Shown: positions 1 to 10,178, counted from the first letter of the stretch. The stretch is 64,000 bases of DNA from an uncultured Armatimonadetes bacterium (GCA_963717145.1 OY970325.1:480001-544000), one strand, 5' to 3'. Notes: generated from the sequence alone by a model not told the origin. Numbers and translations: made by a program.

Positions 1-108
1 CTTCTTCTTCGTTCCATCCGCACTCCACATTCTCCTCTCAGTTGTGGTTCTCCATCCTCTCCCCATTCCGCATTCGTAGTTTCCAGACCCAGCAAGTTTG
101 CGGGCGAA

Positions 109-124
109 TGGCACGATTCTTGCA
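109..124 (+). promoter_or_regulatory. sigma54 (-24/-12) promoter
   Basis: TGGCAC-GATTC-TTGCA matches the TGGCAC-N5-TTGC consensus, about 200 bp upstream of a PEP-CTERM gene; such genes are often RpoN-controlled. Confidence 0.7.
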
Positions 125-321
125 ATAGAGCATCTCTTGGGAGTCTGTGCCGCATGATCCCGTGACCATCGCAGACCCAGGACTCGATATGAGGCGCAGG
201 AAGTAGATAGCGCGCGAATACCAAGGCCTGGAATACCAGGTGGATCACCGACCACTCTCCACTATCGCTGGGATAAGCGCTCGGGCGGATGACGCCCGGG
301 ACGTGACAAGGGAGGAACGAA

Positions 322-1014
322 ATGCGCGCCAGGACTATTACTCTCATCGGGATCGTCTGCCTCGTACTACTGCCGGCACTCTCCACAACCGCATTCGCGT
401 CGAACATCTATACCACGGAAGACATGACGGCTACCCGCTATTGGATGTCTGACTCCCAGATCGGTGAGTCGTATTGGCATTATGGTGGCAGATACTACGA
501 TACCGACCTGCAGGTCGACCGGTGGGTAACCGATGACTCCTGGTTCGGCTACCGGTATGGGTACCACTGGGCCGTCGTTCAGATGCCGATTGATTCCCTT
601 AACGGCATGCAGTTTGCGCCGGGATCGGTCAAACTGTGGTTCTATTCGTACGGCTTCGCCGCGGACAAGAGTGTGCGTGGCATGAACTACGACCCAAGAG
701 GCTGGATGACCGAGGAACATGTCCGGTGGATGAGTTCCCATTCCTCATCCACCCTCGTGGGTTCGGTTCCCGCCGGAGGGGCCGGATGGATAGGGGTTGA
801 CGTCACCTCCCAGGTTCAGAGCCAGGTGAACGCCGGCTATGGCTGGGCAGGCTTCTACATTGACGGCCCTCCGGCTATCGGTACAGCGGACAGGATCGGC
901 TCCTCCGAGGGCGGGTATGCGGCATACCTGGAGATCGTCCCCGAGCCCTCGAGCCTGATTGCGCTGATGGGAGGCCTGGCGGGGATGGGGTTCTTCCTCC
1001 GCCGGAGAAGGTAA
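322..1014 (+). CDS. PEP-CTERM sorting domain surface protein
   Basis: Signal peptide; C-terminus VPEPSSLIALMGGLAGMGFFLRRRR; GGAGG RBS. Confidence 0.9.
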   Translation: MRARTITLIGIVCLVLLPALSTTAFASNIYTTEDMTATRYWMSDSQIGESYWHYGGRYYDTDLQVDRWVTDDSWFGYRYGYHWAVVQMPIDSLNGMQFAPGSVKLWFYSYGFAADKSVRGMNYDPRGWMTEEHVRWMSSHSSSTLVGSVPAGGAGWIGVDVTSQVQSQVNAGYGWAGFYIDGPPAIGTADRIGSSEGGYAAYLEIVPEPSSLIALMGGLAGMGFFLRRRR

Positions 1015-1060
1015 CACGAAAAGAAGGGCGGAGCACCCATGCGCCCCGCCCCTGTTCGGA

Positions 1061-1192
1061 ATGGTTAATGAGGGATGGTTCATGGTTAATGTGGGGCCGG
1101 TCTCCCGTCAACCATCTCCGGTATCCGGTCTCCGGCATCAACCATTCCCGATATCCGGCATCAACCATCAGCCATCAACCATCAACCATTCC
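1061..1192. repeat. ATGGTT(G/C/A) heptamer tracts in inverted arrangement between convergent genes
   Basis: atggtta/atggttc at 1061-1091 facing (aaccatc)n at 1130-1190. Confidence 0.7.
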
Positions 1193-1193
1193 C

Positions 1194-1856
1194 TTATGCC
1201 GCTATCGTCGCCGCCTCGGTCTCGCTCCAGTTGCCGATCTGACCCTCGCGGTTCACCCAGCGAAGCATGTAGTACACCGTCTTCCCCGCATCATCAGGAG
1301 CATACTCCAGGCTGAACGGGCTCTTGTACGCCACCGCCGCAAGCTCGCCATCGCCCGCGCCGGAGGGCAGTGTGCCGACCGTGCGCCAGATCTCGCAGCC
1401 GATCGCACCGACCGGCCTGCTTCGGCTCACCGTCGAGCCGTTCGTGTTCCGAATGCGGATCACGTGCTTCAGGCGGGCGTTCACATCGATCAGTCCGAGC
1501 GGCTTGTCCACACTCGCTCCCGCCGGCACCTGCGGCGCGGCAGTCTTGATCCCGAGCGCCTCGCGGTCGGCATCAGTCGTGTTCGGGCTGGCATTGATCT
1601 TCTTCACCAGCGCACGGATGACGGTGTCGAACGCCTTGCGCTCCTCATTCTTCGCCGAGCAGTAGCTCTGCGCCGTTGCCTGAGCGGTGTAGTGCTGCGC
1701 CAGGAGGGTGTCCCACTCCGGATGATGGTCCGCGAACGGCACCAGATCACCCACGACCAGTCCGAAGTGCGCGATGTTCGGCTCCAGATAAGCGATAAAC
1801 GTGTCGGCCCAGGCGGTGAAGTCAGCATCCTTGGCCGGCATATAATTGTTACTCAT
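1194..1856 (-). CDS. Uncharacterised 220-aa protein (helical N-half, beta-rich FN3-like C-half); paralog of 44337-45005
   Basis: Shares WADTFIAYLEPN, TTDADREALGIK, YMLRWVN and WSETE.ATIAA with the 44337 ORF; RBS present. Confidence 0.85.
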   Translation of the reverse strand: MSNNYMPAKDADFTAWADTFIAYLEPNIAHFGLVVGDLVPFADHHPEWDTLLAQHYTAQATAQSYCSAKNEERKAFDTVIRALVKKINASPNTTDADREALGIKTAAPQVPAGASVDKPLGLIDVNARLKHVIRIRNTNGSTVSRSRPVGAIGCEIWRTVGTLPSGAGDGELAAVAYKSPFSLEYAPDDAGKTVYYMLRWVNREGQIGNWSETEAATIAA

Positions 1857-1944
1857 TGTCTTTTGGTTCCTTCCATCAGAAATGATCCGGATTCAGCGGA
1901 AGGACACCGCGACGAACAGCCGGTGGATGGCCCAAGGTCCGGCA

Positions 1945-1996
1945 TGAACCATGAACCATTCCCCATGCCCCATGAACCATCATCCATCAACCATTC
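1945..1996. repeat. AACCAT(G/C) heptamer tract upstream of the 220-aa gene
   Basis: tgaacca tgaacca ... tgaacca tcatcca tcaacca. Confidence 0.65.
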
Positions 1997-2254
1997 CCCG
2001 CATCCCTTCCCGAATTCCGGTTGCAGCCGGTCGCGATAAGATCACCGCCCCGGCCACCATTCACAGCCCACGGCCGATCGTCAACCATGCACTGTTCACT
2101 GCTCACTGTTCACCTGTCCGCGATCACCCCTTCGTCAAGAGCCATATTTGATTACAACACCGATTATCGGAAAACGGATTCTTTGACTATAGGGCCAGAA
2201 CTAATCTTTTTTGCGCATGGCAGTAGGGGAATTTGGCCGTGGCGTTACTCAGTC

Positions 2255-2535
2255 AGGCGGGGGGGAATTTCGATTAGGCGACTGCTTTATTCAGTTTAGG
2301 CGGGGGGGAATTTCGATTAGGGCACTGCTTTATTCAGTTTAGGCGGGGGGGAATTTCGATTAGGGCACTGCTTTATTCAGTTTAGGCAGGGGGAATTTGG
2401 ATTAGGCCACTGCTTTATTCAGTTTAGGCGGGGGGGAATTTCGATTTGGCCACTGCTTTATTCAGTTTAGGCGGGGGGGAATTTCGATTTGGCCACTGCC
2501 TTATTCAGTTTAGGCAGGGGGGAATCTCGGTTTGG
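2255..2535. repeat. Tandem array, about 6.5 x 42-43 bp (underlying 21-nt period)
   Basis: Unit AGGCGGGGGGGAATTTCGATTAGGGCACTGCTTTATTCAGTTT starts at 2255, 2298, 2341, 2384, 2426, 2469 and 2512; no unique spacers. Confidence 0.95.
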
Positions 2536-2990
2536 GCACGGGGAAATATGAGCGTGGGCATCGGGAAATGGGCGTCCGGCGGGCGGAGAAAGACCACTCA
2601 GCGCCGGCCTGATCGAGCAGAGGTCGCGCCCCAGTCGAGCAACATCCCGGCCAAACCACAGCAGGGGTGGGGGATCATCGAACAAGGAAGCCCGACCCAT
2701 CGCCGTCCGCCTCGCCCCGACCAAACCCGCCGGCCTATGGAACTGAGGTCAGGAGCCGTGCAAGGCGAGGTGAATCCTATAGGGAAGACCCCGGCGGAAC
2801 CAAGAGGCGACTGTCCATCCTCCCTGTTACACTTGCATAGCCTGCAACTGGCAATAGGATTGGTCGCATGAAGGTTGTTGAGTCCCTTGCATCGAAAGGC
2901 TTTGCTATGGCATACTTGTGAGGATATGCCGTGAAGCTCGGACATGCGTTGATACTGCATGTCCTCGGTTCCGTGTTGTGCAGGTGCGAT

Positions 2991-5288
2991 ATGCCTAAGT
3001 TTACCGTAGACACACATCTTTTTCGAGAACTGGGCGAGCTTCTTGTCGGTCGTGATTCCACGGCTCTGGTTGAGCTCGTTAAGAACTCCTATGACGCCGA
3101 TGCCACCCATGTTCAGGTCTATGGCGAGAGTCTTGATACGCCCGAGAATGGCTTCATCATCATTCGCGATGATGGTGTTGGGATGAATTCCAGGCAGTTC
3201 GAGGAAGGATTCCTTCGTGTGGCGTCAAGGATCAAGAGCCATGGCGACCCAAGATCGCCTAGATTCGGGCGGCGATATACTGGCGCCAAAGGCATCGGCA
3301 GGCTGGCTGCTCATAAGCTCGCAAGATACATTGCCATAGAATCGTTTCCATGGACATCCACTGGCGACGATGCTGAACCCATCGATGCCAGAATTGACTG
3401 GGATATAGTTGAGGCGCACCAGAACTTGGACGAGCTGGAAGATTCAGATGCAATAACGCTGGCGCCCCGAGCCAGCGCCGAAGGCTCACAGCGCGGAACG
3501 ACGATCACTTTGTCCAGGCTTCGTCGTCGGTGGACATCTTCTGAGCGCTCACGATTCTTCACCGAGGTGACCAGTTTCACGCCACCTGAGCAACTTGTGA
3601 ACCTACCTGATGGTGTTACCGATGAGGATTTGCTCTTCCTTACACCACGGATATGTGACACCACCAGCAAGGATCCGGGTTTCACGGTTGAACTCCATGG
3701 TGAGCTACAGGCAGGTGAAGACTACTGGGTAGCCCTTGCCCAGACCGCAGACTGGCTCATCGAGATAGACGCTAGCCGCGATCATGATGGTGCTCCTGCA
3801 GGCGCATGCAAGGTACGATACAAGGTTACACCGACGAAGTTGACACGTAAAGACTTACGCAGTGCTCGGTCTCGTTTCTTTGAAATGGACCACCCTTCTG
3901 CTGACGACGGGCCATTCTTCCAAGCCCGAATCCTGATTCGCGAAGGTCATCTGGCGGAACAAGGACTCGACACCGGGTGGTTGACCAAATCCAATGGCGT
4001 TAGAGTCTTTATGGAAGGCTTCCGCGTACTACCGTACGGTGAGCCTGGCAATGACTGGTTGGAGATCGACCGAGGTTATTCACGACGGCAGAGGCAACTG
4101 GCATTCCTCAAGGATTTGCCTGTCGGGGTACCGATGGACGAGGATGAGGGACTGATGGCTCTGCGAAATGCCAACTATTTCGGGGCGGTGTTCCTCACTG
4201 AGGAAGACGCCCCTGGTCTTCAAATGCTGGTGAACCGCGAGGGCTTTATCCCCGAAGCCAGCTATGAGACATTGTGCACCCTGGTCCGCATCGGCATCGA
4301 TTTGTCGACGCGGGTAAGAGCCTACTTCGGTCGCGAGCATCGTGAGCTATGGAGATTGGAGCGAGAGATTCAGCCTGAGATCGAGGTCGAGCCCGTTCGT
4401 CGGCTGGAGCTTCGGGAGCAGATCGAGGCGTCGGTCAGAAGGGCAGCAGAGTTCGCGCAACAGGCTCGGATACAAGCAGCAGAAGGGGATTTTGGTTCAG
4501 CAATAGAGTATATCGACCAAGCCGCGGAGGAGTTCGCCTTGACGTCCGAGGCCTCCGAACGGCTGATGACCGAGCGGGCCCTGACGCAAGTTCTCGCTGC
4601 TGTTGGTCTGCAGATGGCGGCCTTCGTGCATGAGATCAATGCTCTGCTGGGAATGGCTAATACCTTGCAGGTTGCACTCGAAGCTATATCCAGGGACAGG
4701 GCGCTGCCTGCTTCTGCGAGGACTAGGATCGGACAGCTTGTGGGGTCGGTAGGGGACCTTCGACGGGCAATAGAGCGTCAGGCATCGTACCTAGTCGATG
4801 TTGTCTCCGCCGATGCTAGACGGCGACGGTCAAGGCAAAGAATGGCAGAGAGGTTTGACGCTAGTAGAAGACTCGTCCAAACTTCGGCGGACAGAAGGGG
4901 AATCGAGATTGTGAATGATATCCCGAGCGACTTCCGAACACCACCTATGTTCCCGGCTGAGGTCACCGTTATCTTTACCAACCTTCTGACCAATGCAGTC
5001 AAAGCCGCCGGTGATAACGGTCGAATCCATGCATCCGGCGTCAGAGATGGAGCCGTCCTGCGTATCCGGGTGGAGAACACTGGTGCGGCGGTACCCTCAT
5101 CGGAGGGCGAGAGGTGGTTCAGACCCCTTGAATCGACAACGACAGAGATAGATCCATTCTTGGGACAGGGAATGGGGATGGGTCTTCCGATCACCAGGAA
5201 TGTTCTGGCTGAATATGGGGCTACGGCCCGGTTTGTGGAACCGAGCCATGGCTATGCAACAGCAGTCGAACTCACCTTCAAGGAGTGA
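2991..5288 (+). CDS. GHKL (MORC/MutL-like) ATPase fused to C-terminal histidine kinase
   Basis: N-terminal ELVKNSYDADA, DDGVGM, GAKGIGR, GTTI; C-terminal H-box FVHEINA, N-box NLLTNAVKA, G2 box GQGMGMGL; start placed at MPKFTVD. Confidence 0.85.
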   Translation: MPKFTVDTHLFRELGELLVGRDSTALVELVKNSYDADATHVQVYGESLDTPENGFIIIRDDGVGMNSRQFEEGFLRVASRIKSHGDPRSPRFGRRYTGAKGIGRLAAHKLARYIAIESFPWTSTGDDAEPIDARIDWDIVEAHQNLDELEDSDAITLAPRASAEGSQRGTTITLSRLRRRWTSSERSRFFTEVTSFTPPEQLVNLPDGVTDEDLLFLTPRICDTTSKDPGFTVELHGELQAGEDYWVALAQTADWLIEIDASRDHDGAPAGACKVRYKVTPTKLTRKDLRSARSRFFEMDHPSADDGPFFQARILIREGHLAEQGLDTGWLTKSNGVRVFMEGFRVLPYGEPGNDWLEIDRGYSRRQRQLAFLKDLPVGVPMDEDEGLMALRNANYFGAVFLTEEDAPGLQMLVNREGFIPEASYETLCTLVRIGIDLSTRVRAYFGREHRELWRLEREIQPEIEVEPVRRLELREQIEASVRRAAEFAQQARIQAAEGDFGSAIEYIDQAAEEFALTSEASERLMTERALTQVLAAVGLQMAAFVHEINALLGMANTLQVALEAISRDRALPASARTRIGQLVGSVGDLRRAIERQASYLVDVVSADARRRRSRQRMAERFDASRRLVQTSADRRGIEIVNDIPSDFRTPPMFPAEVTVIFTNLLTNAVKAAGDNGRIHASGVRDGAVLRIRVENTGAAVPSSEGERWFRPLESTTTEIDPFLGQGMGMGLPITRNVLAEYGATARFVEPSHGYATAVELTFKE

Positions 5289-5294
5289 TCCCCA

Positions 5295-6437
5295 ATGCCA
5301 GCAACGAAGGTTCCGAGCATTCTCATCATTGATGACACCCTCTCGCAGGTGGAGGGGCTTGCTAATCTCATCAGAAGCGAGGGATTGGCGAAGGTGGTCA
5401 TATGTGATCCGGATGAGGTTAGCCGCCTTGACGTGTTGAGGGCTGACTTAGTGCTGATTGACTATGATATCGCAAAGTGGCGCAAGGGTATTGAGCCGGG
5501 TGAGATCATCAGTCAGCAGCCCGGGAATGGACTCGCGCTGGTTCCCGTCTTAAGAAGCCACATAAAGCGGAAGGTTCAGCCAACCGCCTACGCCATACTG
5601 ACCGGTAAGATGGACGAACTGGCCGATCCTCTCCCATCTGAGTATCGCAACCATGCGCTGGCCAGCATAAACAACCTGGAGTGGATCTTCGAGAAATCCT
5701 CCCCCGGAGACGAACCACGATTATACCAGCAGATCGCTGAACTGGCTGCTGCTGTCAGGAGGCTCCCGCGGGGATGGACGCCATATTCTGATCGAGGCTC
5801 TGCAGAGCAGTTGGCAGGATTACTGGGACTTAGCCTGGGTACCGACGAGTCTGACGAGCTCATGCAGGATGTTCTTCGCTGCCATCCTCCGCTCTATGAG
5901 CTGTCGGAATGGAGTCACGGTCTAACTATTCTGCGATGGTTGCTCCACAGGATCCTGCCTTATCCGTGTTTCCTACTGGATACCAACTACCTCGCTGCTC
6001 GCCTTAGACTGCAGCATGCCGGACTGGAGAGCGCACTTCAGGTCGGATGCCCGCTTCGAAAGGCTCTAGCCCCCTATGAATATGATGGCATCCTACCTAC
6101 GTTTCTGGGCGGTCGATGGTGGCGAATGGGGGTAGAGAGGTTTCTATGGAACAAAACTGGGGGTATGTCTTTCGACATAGCGAGTGTCCGCAGGTTGGTA
6201 AATGCCCTGGCAGGGGAGGAGCTTCCGCCCAGTACTCCAGATGATTTTCCTGTAGTCTGCATCGGCGCCAGATACGAGTCCATGAAGGAGTTCTGCTCAA
6301 TCGATGAAGCCGTGCGGATTCGCCCAGATGATTGGCCTGCGTACGCTGAGCAAGCATGGACGACTCTGGAGCTTGCGAACGAGGAAACGAAGCTGAAGGC
6401 CCTTGTCATCGAAGAAGATAGAGAGAGGCTTGGTTGA
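5295..6437 (+). CDS. Response-regulator receiver domain with long unknown C-terminal domain
   Basis: ILIIDD, VLIDYD, ILTG and FEK receiver signature; directly follows the kinase. Confidence 0.8.
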   Translation: MPATKVPSILIIDDTLSQVEGLANLIRSEGLAKVVICDPDEVSRLDVLRADLVLIDYDIAKWRKGIEPGEIISQQPGNGLALVPVLRSHIKRKVQPTAYAILTGKMDELADPLPSEYRNHALASINNLEWIFEKSSPGDEPRLYQQIAELAAAVRRLPRGWTPYSDRGSAEQLAGLLGLSLGTDESDELMQDVLRCHPPLYELSEWSHGLTILRWLLHRILPYPCFLLDTNYLAARLRLQHAGLESALQVGCPLRKALAPYEYDGILPTFLGGRWWRMGVERFLWNKTGGMSFDIASVRRLVNALAGEELPPSTPDDFPVVCIGARYESMKEFCSIDEAVRIRPDDWPAYAEQAWTTLELANEETKLKALVIEEDRERLG

Positions 6438-7213
6438 TGCTAGTGGAACAGCCTTCTCCTCTTCAACTCAAGTTCTCGTTTTCGGGGATCAAGGACGAGA
6501 TCCAGACCATGAGGGAACTGGCCTCCAGATTCATCACCCCGCAGTCTGCTAGTGTACTTCGGGAGTGGCAGCAGCAACTCGAGGGTATCCAGGCAAACCG
6601 ACCCCAGAAGCCACAGCATTGGTGCATAAGCCCAGAACACCCCATAGAGACGATTCCGAGCCAGGGCCAATACGAACGTGGCGCAAGAAAGGCTGCGACT
6701 GTGCGAGGGGTTCTTACCGCGAAATGGACAGTTCTGGTGTCTCCCGTACAAGGCAAGAAGTCGCTGAAGCCAGAGAGGTTCCTCGTAGTGGGCATAGCCT
6801 CGACCAAGATCCAGATATACCATTCCGACGGGCGAGAACTGGCGAGGTGGCGCTTTGAGATAGGACTGGGCCCCAAAGCTCCAGGATGTCGTTTCCATAC
6901 ACAGGTACTGGGCGAGAATAGTGATACTGTGTTCCCTAAGCTTCTGCCCGTGCCACGTCTGCCGTCCATATTGGTGACTCCAATGGAGAGCTTGGATTTC
7001 TTACTAGGGGAGTTGTTCCAAGACGACTGGCATTTCCGGAGCACATCGGAAGCTGCTCGTATGGCAGCATGGGGTAACAGCCATCGCGAGCGGGTAAGAA
7101 GACTGCTGAACTGGCATCTTGATGCTGTCTGTGGCAGTTCAGGTAGCGCTTGGACAGCCATTAAGAAACATACTTTGAACCAGGACGCGCTTGTGGAGGG
7201 ATCGAATAAGTGA
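6434..7213 (+). CDS. Uncharacterised protein in defence operon (possible DUF2290-like effector)
   Basis: 4-bp overlaps with both neighbours; RFE...FHTQ...PRLP...P.E.LDFLL pattern. Confidence 0.7.
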   Translation: MMLVEQPSPLQLKFSFSGIKDEIQTMRELASRFITPQSASVLREWQQQLEGIQANRPQKPQHWCISPEHPIETIPSQGQYERGARKAATVRGVLTAKWTVLVSPVQGKKSLKPERFLVVGIASTKIQIYHSDGRELARWRFEIGLGPKAPGCRFHTQVLGENSDTVFPKLLPVPRLPSILVTPMESLDFLLGELFQDDWHFRSTSEAARMAAWGNSHRERVRRLLNWHLDAVCGSSGSAWTAIKKHTLNQDALVEGSNK

Positions 7214-8799
7214 TCCTACCTACTCCACCTGAATCCTGTAAGGTCTACACACCTCCTGCACTGGCCGATGCCATAGTTCGTTCCCTAGGTGATGCTCCAG
7301 ACGCTAGATGGCTCGAGCCCAGCGCCGGAGGTGGTGTATTCGTGTCAGCGGTGTCCCAACTGGGAGTGGAGCGTAACCACATCTGTGCCATAGACATCGA
7401 CAAGTGCTGCGGTCCGCATGATGGTCTTGCCATCGTCTTTCGAGGGCAGGATTTCGTGAGATGGTCACTTGACACTACACAGCATTTCGACAGGATAGTC
7501 GGCAATCCCCCTTATATTCGCCTCTGTCGGCTCGAGGAGTCGCTGAAGAACGCGGCATTGCGTGTCACGGAGCCTGATGGCAGTCCTATGCATCTTGGCG
7601 TGAACTACTGGCATGTGTTTGTATGCGCGTGCCTTAAGATCCTCAATCCTGGCGGTTCTCTGGCATTGGTGCTTCCCGCGTCATGGGATTACGCTGACTA
7701 CTCTGCTCCTCTCAGGTGTACGTTGCCCAAGCTCTTCCGAAGCGTTGTAGTCCACAGAAGCTTGCGACCACTGTTCGGCACGGTTAGCGATGGATCAGTC
7801 GTCCTGATCGCCAAGGGATACAGAGAGCAGTCAGAACACTATGCTCGCCATGTGCATGCAGACTTGCCTGCTCTCATCAAGGCGCTTGAGGTGGGAGAAC
7901 ACGATCTGGTAAGTACTGGTTCGCAGACCGAGCAGGAAGATGCTGGTGAGGAGCTTGTCACCCTTGGCGACATCGCTGACATCGTGATCGGAGCCGTCAC
8001 GGGCGATGCGAAGTACTTTCTTCTGACGGAGCAACGGCGCTTGGAGCATAAGCTCCCGGAGAGTTGCTGCAAGCGGATTCTCACTCGTGCCCGCCAGCTT
8101 CGGGGCGGCGAGGTCTCCCTTGATGATTGGAGGCAGCTCAAGGACGGAGGACACCGAGTCTGGCTGTTTTCTCCACCGGACGATCTTCTGGCCAATGATG
8201 CGGTACATGCCTATCTTGAGTTGTCCACAGACAAGGAGGGACCCAACAAGGAAGCGTATTGGCTGCAGAAGCGTGATGAGTGGTATAGAGTTGAACTGCC
8301 ACTGGAGGCGCATGGATTCATGAGTGGGATGCGCAGTACCGGCCCCTGGATGTGTATGAACCGCTCACCCGAGCTTACAGCTTCCAACACGCTCTACATT
8401 GTCAGATTCCGAGAAGATATCACTGAGGGTGAGCGCTATGCCTGGGCCCTATCCATGCTTACGTCTCCAGTCGCCGCACAGTCGGCGCAATCCTGTCGGC
8501 TCTATGCCGATGGGTTGAGGAAGTTCGAGCCAAGCGACCTGAAGAGGCTGAGGTTGCCGAAGCCACTGCGCTCTGAGGGAGCTAGAGGGGCATATGTACA
8601 GGCGGTTTCCCATCTGCTGAGCGATGGGCCTGTTTGGGCACGAGAGATCGCGGATCAGTGGTTCGCCGTGCAAAGCCGCCTGAGTGATCTGGCTCTCTCT
8701 AGGGAAGCGCAGATGGACCGGGTTGCTGAATCAAAGGGCACCTACCAGACGAGACTGCACGAGGATGGCCCGGTCGTTGCGACGGATATTCGTTCCTAG
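7210..8799 (+). CDS. N6-adenine DNA methyltransferase (gamma class, Eco57I/TaqI-like)
   Basis: VYTP, LEPSAGGGVF (motif I), IVGNPPY (motif IV), TRD-like C-terminus. Confidence 0.9.
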   Translation: MILPTPPESCKVYTPPALADAIVRSLGDAPDARWLEPSAGGGVFVSAVSQLGVERNHICAIDIDKCCGPHDGLAIVFRGQDFVRWSLDTTQHFDRIVGNPPYIRLCRLEESLKNAALRVTEPDGSPMHLGVNYWHVFVCACLKILNPGGSLALVLPASWDYADYSAPLRCTLPKLFRSVVVHRSLRPLFGTVSDGSVVLIAKGYREQSEHYARHVHADLPALIKALEVGEHDLVSTGSQTEQEDAGEELVTLGDIADIVIGAVTGDAKYFLLTEQRRLEHKLPESCCKRILTRARQLRGGEVSLDDWRQLKDGGHRVWLFSPPDDLLANDAVHAYLELSTDKEGPNKEAYWLQKRDEWYRVELPLEAHGFMSGMRSTGPWMCMNRSPELTASNTLYIVRFREDITEGERYAWALSMLTSPVAAQSAQSCRLYADGLRKFEPSDLKRLRLPKPLRSEGARGAYVQAVSHLLSDGPVWAREIADQWFAVQSRLSDLALSREAQMDRVAESKGTYQTRLHEDGPVVATDIRS

Positions 8800-8965
8800 T
8801 CGGGTGTTCCGTAGCTTTCTTCCTTTCGCTCGCATTCCGCTCTCCGTGACTCCCCTCGCTCTTGTCTCCACTTGCCGATCCAGAGCCTGTCCCCGGATCG
8901 TGCGACTGGAAACCGGTCCAGCGATGTTGCGGCCGGGCGGGGTGGCGCGGTACCATGGGTGCGGT

Positions 8966-9173
8966 TCACCGCCAGGTGATGTCGCGGGTGAGGGATGTTT
9001 CGCCGCCGGGGCAGGTGAGATGCGCCTTGATCCTGAGTACTTGTCCGTCCGGTCGGCTCGGCGTCGGGTAGAACAACTCGAACGCGGTGTATCCATTATC
9101 CACGGCGTGTGACGGCAATTGCCTATGGCCGGGGGGGCCATCCAACCGCATCTCGACTTCTTCCGTTTTCCGA
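8966..9173 (-). pseudogene. Degenerate, internally deleted duplicate of the GH31 3' end
   Basis: 8966-9137 aligns with 12127-12298 and 9141-9173 with 12659-12691 (NGYTAFELFYPTPSRPDGQ identical). Confidence 0.9.
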
Positions 9174-9316
9174 CGTGTTCTCCCGGACCGAGGGTGCGTA
9201 TACGGATGCGCGACACATGTGTTCATGCCCATTAGCTCGTTAGACTGCGGGAATCGTAACGGCGCATGGTATGTGCTACCATTGCCGGACGATGGCCAAA
9301 GAAATATTTGTTAGAT

Positions 9317-9358
9317 TAGCCAATCGGCTATTGACTTTTTCGTCGGTGGTGATAGAAT
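9317..9358 (+). promoter_or_regulatory. sigma70-type promoter with adjacent palindromic operator candidate
   Basis: TTGACT(9331)-16 bp-TAGAAT(9353) with extended -10 TG; TAGCC-aatc-GGCTA palindrome abuts the -35. Confidence 0.6.
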
Positions 9359-9515
9359 ATAGCGTTCATACTTGCCTTCCTGGTACGTTACACAGGCGAG
9401 TGGCTTGCGGCGGGCGAAGCCTTCCAGCGTAGATACGAACACAAGGTGAACCCTCCCAGAGAATCCCAACTGCAGTTCGTTTCTTGCACCATCAAACCAT
9501 TAAGGAGGTAGAGGA

Positions 9516-10178
9516 ATGCCGAATCCCGGACAGGAACTGTCAAGCATCGATTTCGAGTCCATGATCGGCGGGCCGCTGATCGCCGTCATTAATGCGCAGG
9601 CGCAGGCTGCCATGTCCACGGTCAACTTCATCAAGGAGGTCGGCTTCAAGAAGCCGGCGGCTGAGGGGGTTGCCGGAGGTGACAGCGAGACCCAGGAGCC
9701 GATCTATGTCACCTTCAAGTATCCCAAGGAGCTGAGCCCATATCAACCCGCCGTGGCGGCGGACCCGGGCAATGGCACCCCAGCTCATCCGGCGCGTGCC
9801 GCTCAACCGGCGGTGCCTGCTGTGGTGGAAACACAGGAGTTGCAGGTGCCAATCCTGACCATGCTCCCCATCCCCTTCATCCGAATCGACCTGGCGACGA
9901 TCGACTTCAATGCGAAGATCAACTCGGTCGAGTATCGCAAGACCGATACCAACCTCAAGGTTGATGCCTCATTGGAGGCAGGCGCCGGCTGGCTGTGGGG
10001 ATCGGCGAAGCTCAAGGTATCGACTTCCTTCCAGCGCACGACCCAGCAGGGCAACACCGTGGACCGCACCTATTCCCTGGCGATCCATGTCAAAGCCGTG
10101 CAGGATGAGATGCCGGCGGGCATGGAGAAGGTGCTCGGCATTCTCGAGGGTGCAATCACTTCTAAGCCGGCCGACTAG
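9516..10178 (+). CDS. DUF2589 family protein
   Basis: IDFESMIGGPLIAVINAQ, VPILTMLPIPFIRI, P.GMEKVL typical of DUF2589; AAGGAGG RBS. Confidence 0.8.
   Translation: MPNPGQELSSIDFESMIGGPLIAVINAQAQAAMSTVNFIKEVGFKKPAAEGVAGGDSETQEPIYVTFKYPKELSPYQPAVAADPGNGTPAHPARAAQPAVPAVVETQELQVPILTMLPIPFIRIDLATIDFNAKINSVEYRKTDTNLKVDASLEAGAGWLWGSAKLKVSTSFQRTTQQGNTVDRTYSLAIHVKAVQDEMPAGMEKVLGILEGAITSKPAD

Noticed and set aside
125-321. Riboswitch in the PEP-CTERM leader (also checked 9360-9515 and 20170-20300)
   Set aside because: Hairpins are possible but I could not match any known aptamer consensus; an Infernal/Rfam scan is needed.
2255-2535. CRISPR array
   Set aside because: Units are contiguous near-identical repeats with no unique spacers, and there are no cas genes in the window.
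2446-2871. Protein-coding ORFs over the tandem arrays (also 43724-44077 and 43769-44176)
   Set aside because: No convincing RBS or domain, and the 43-bp units break frame; treated as non-coding pending expression data.
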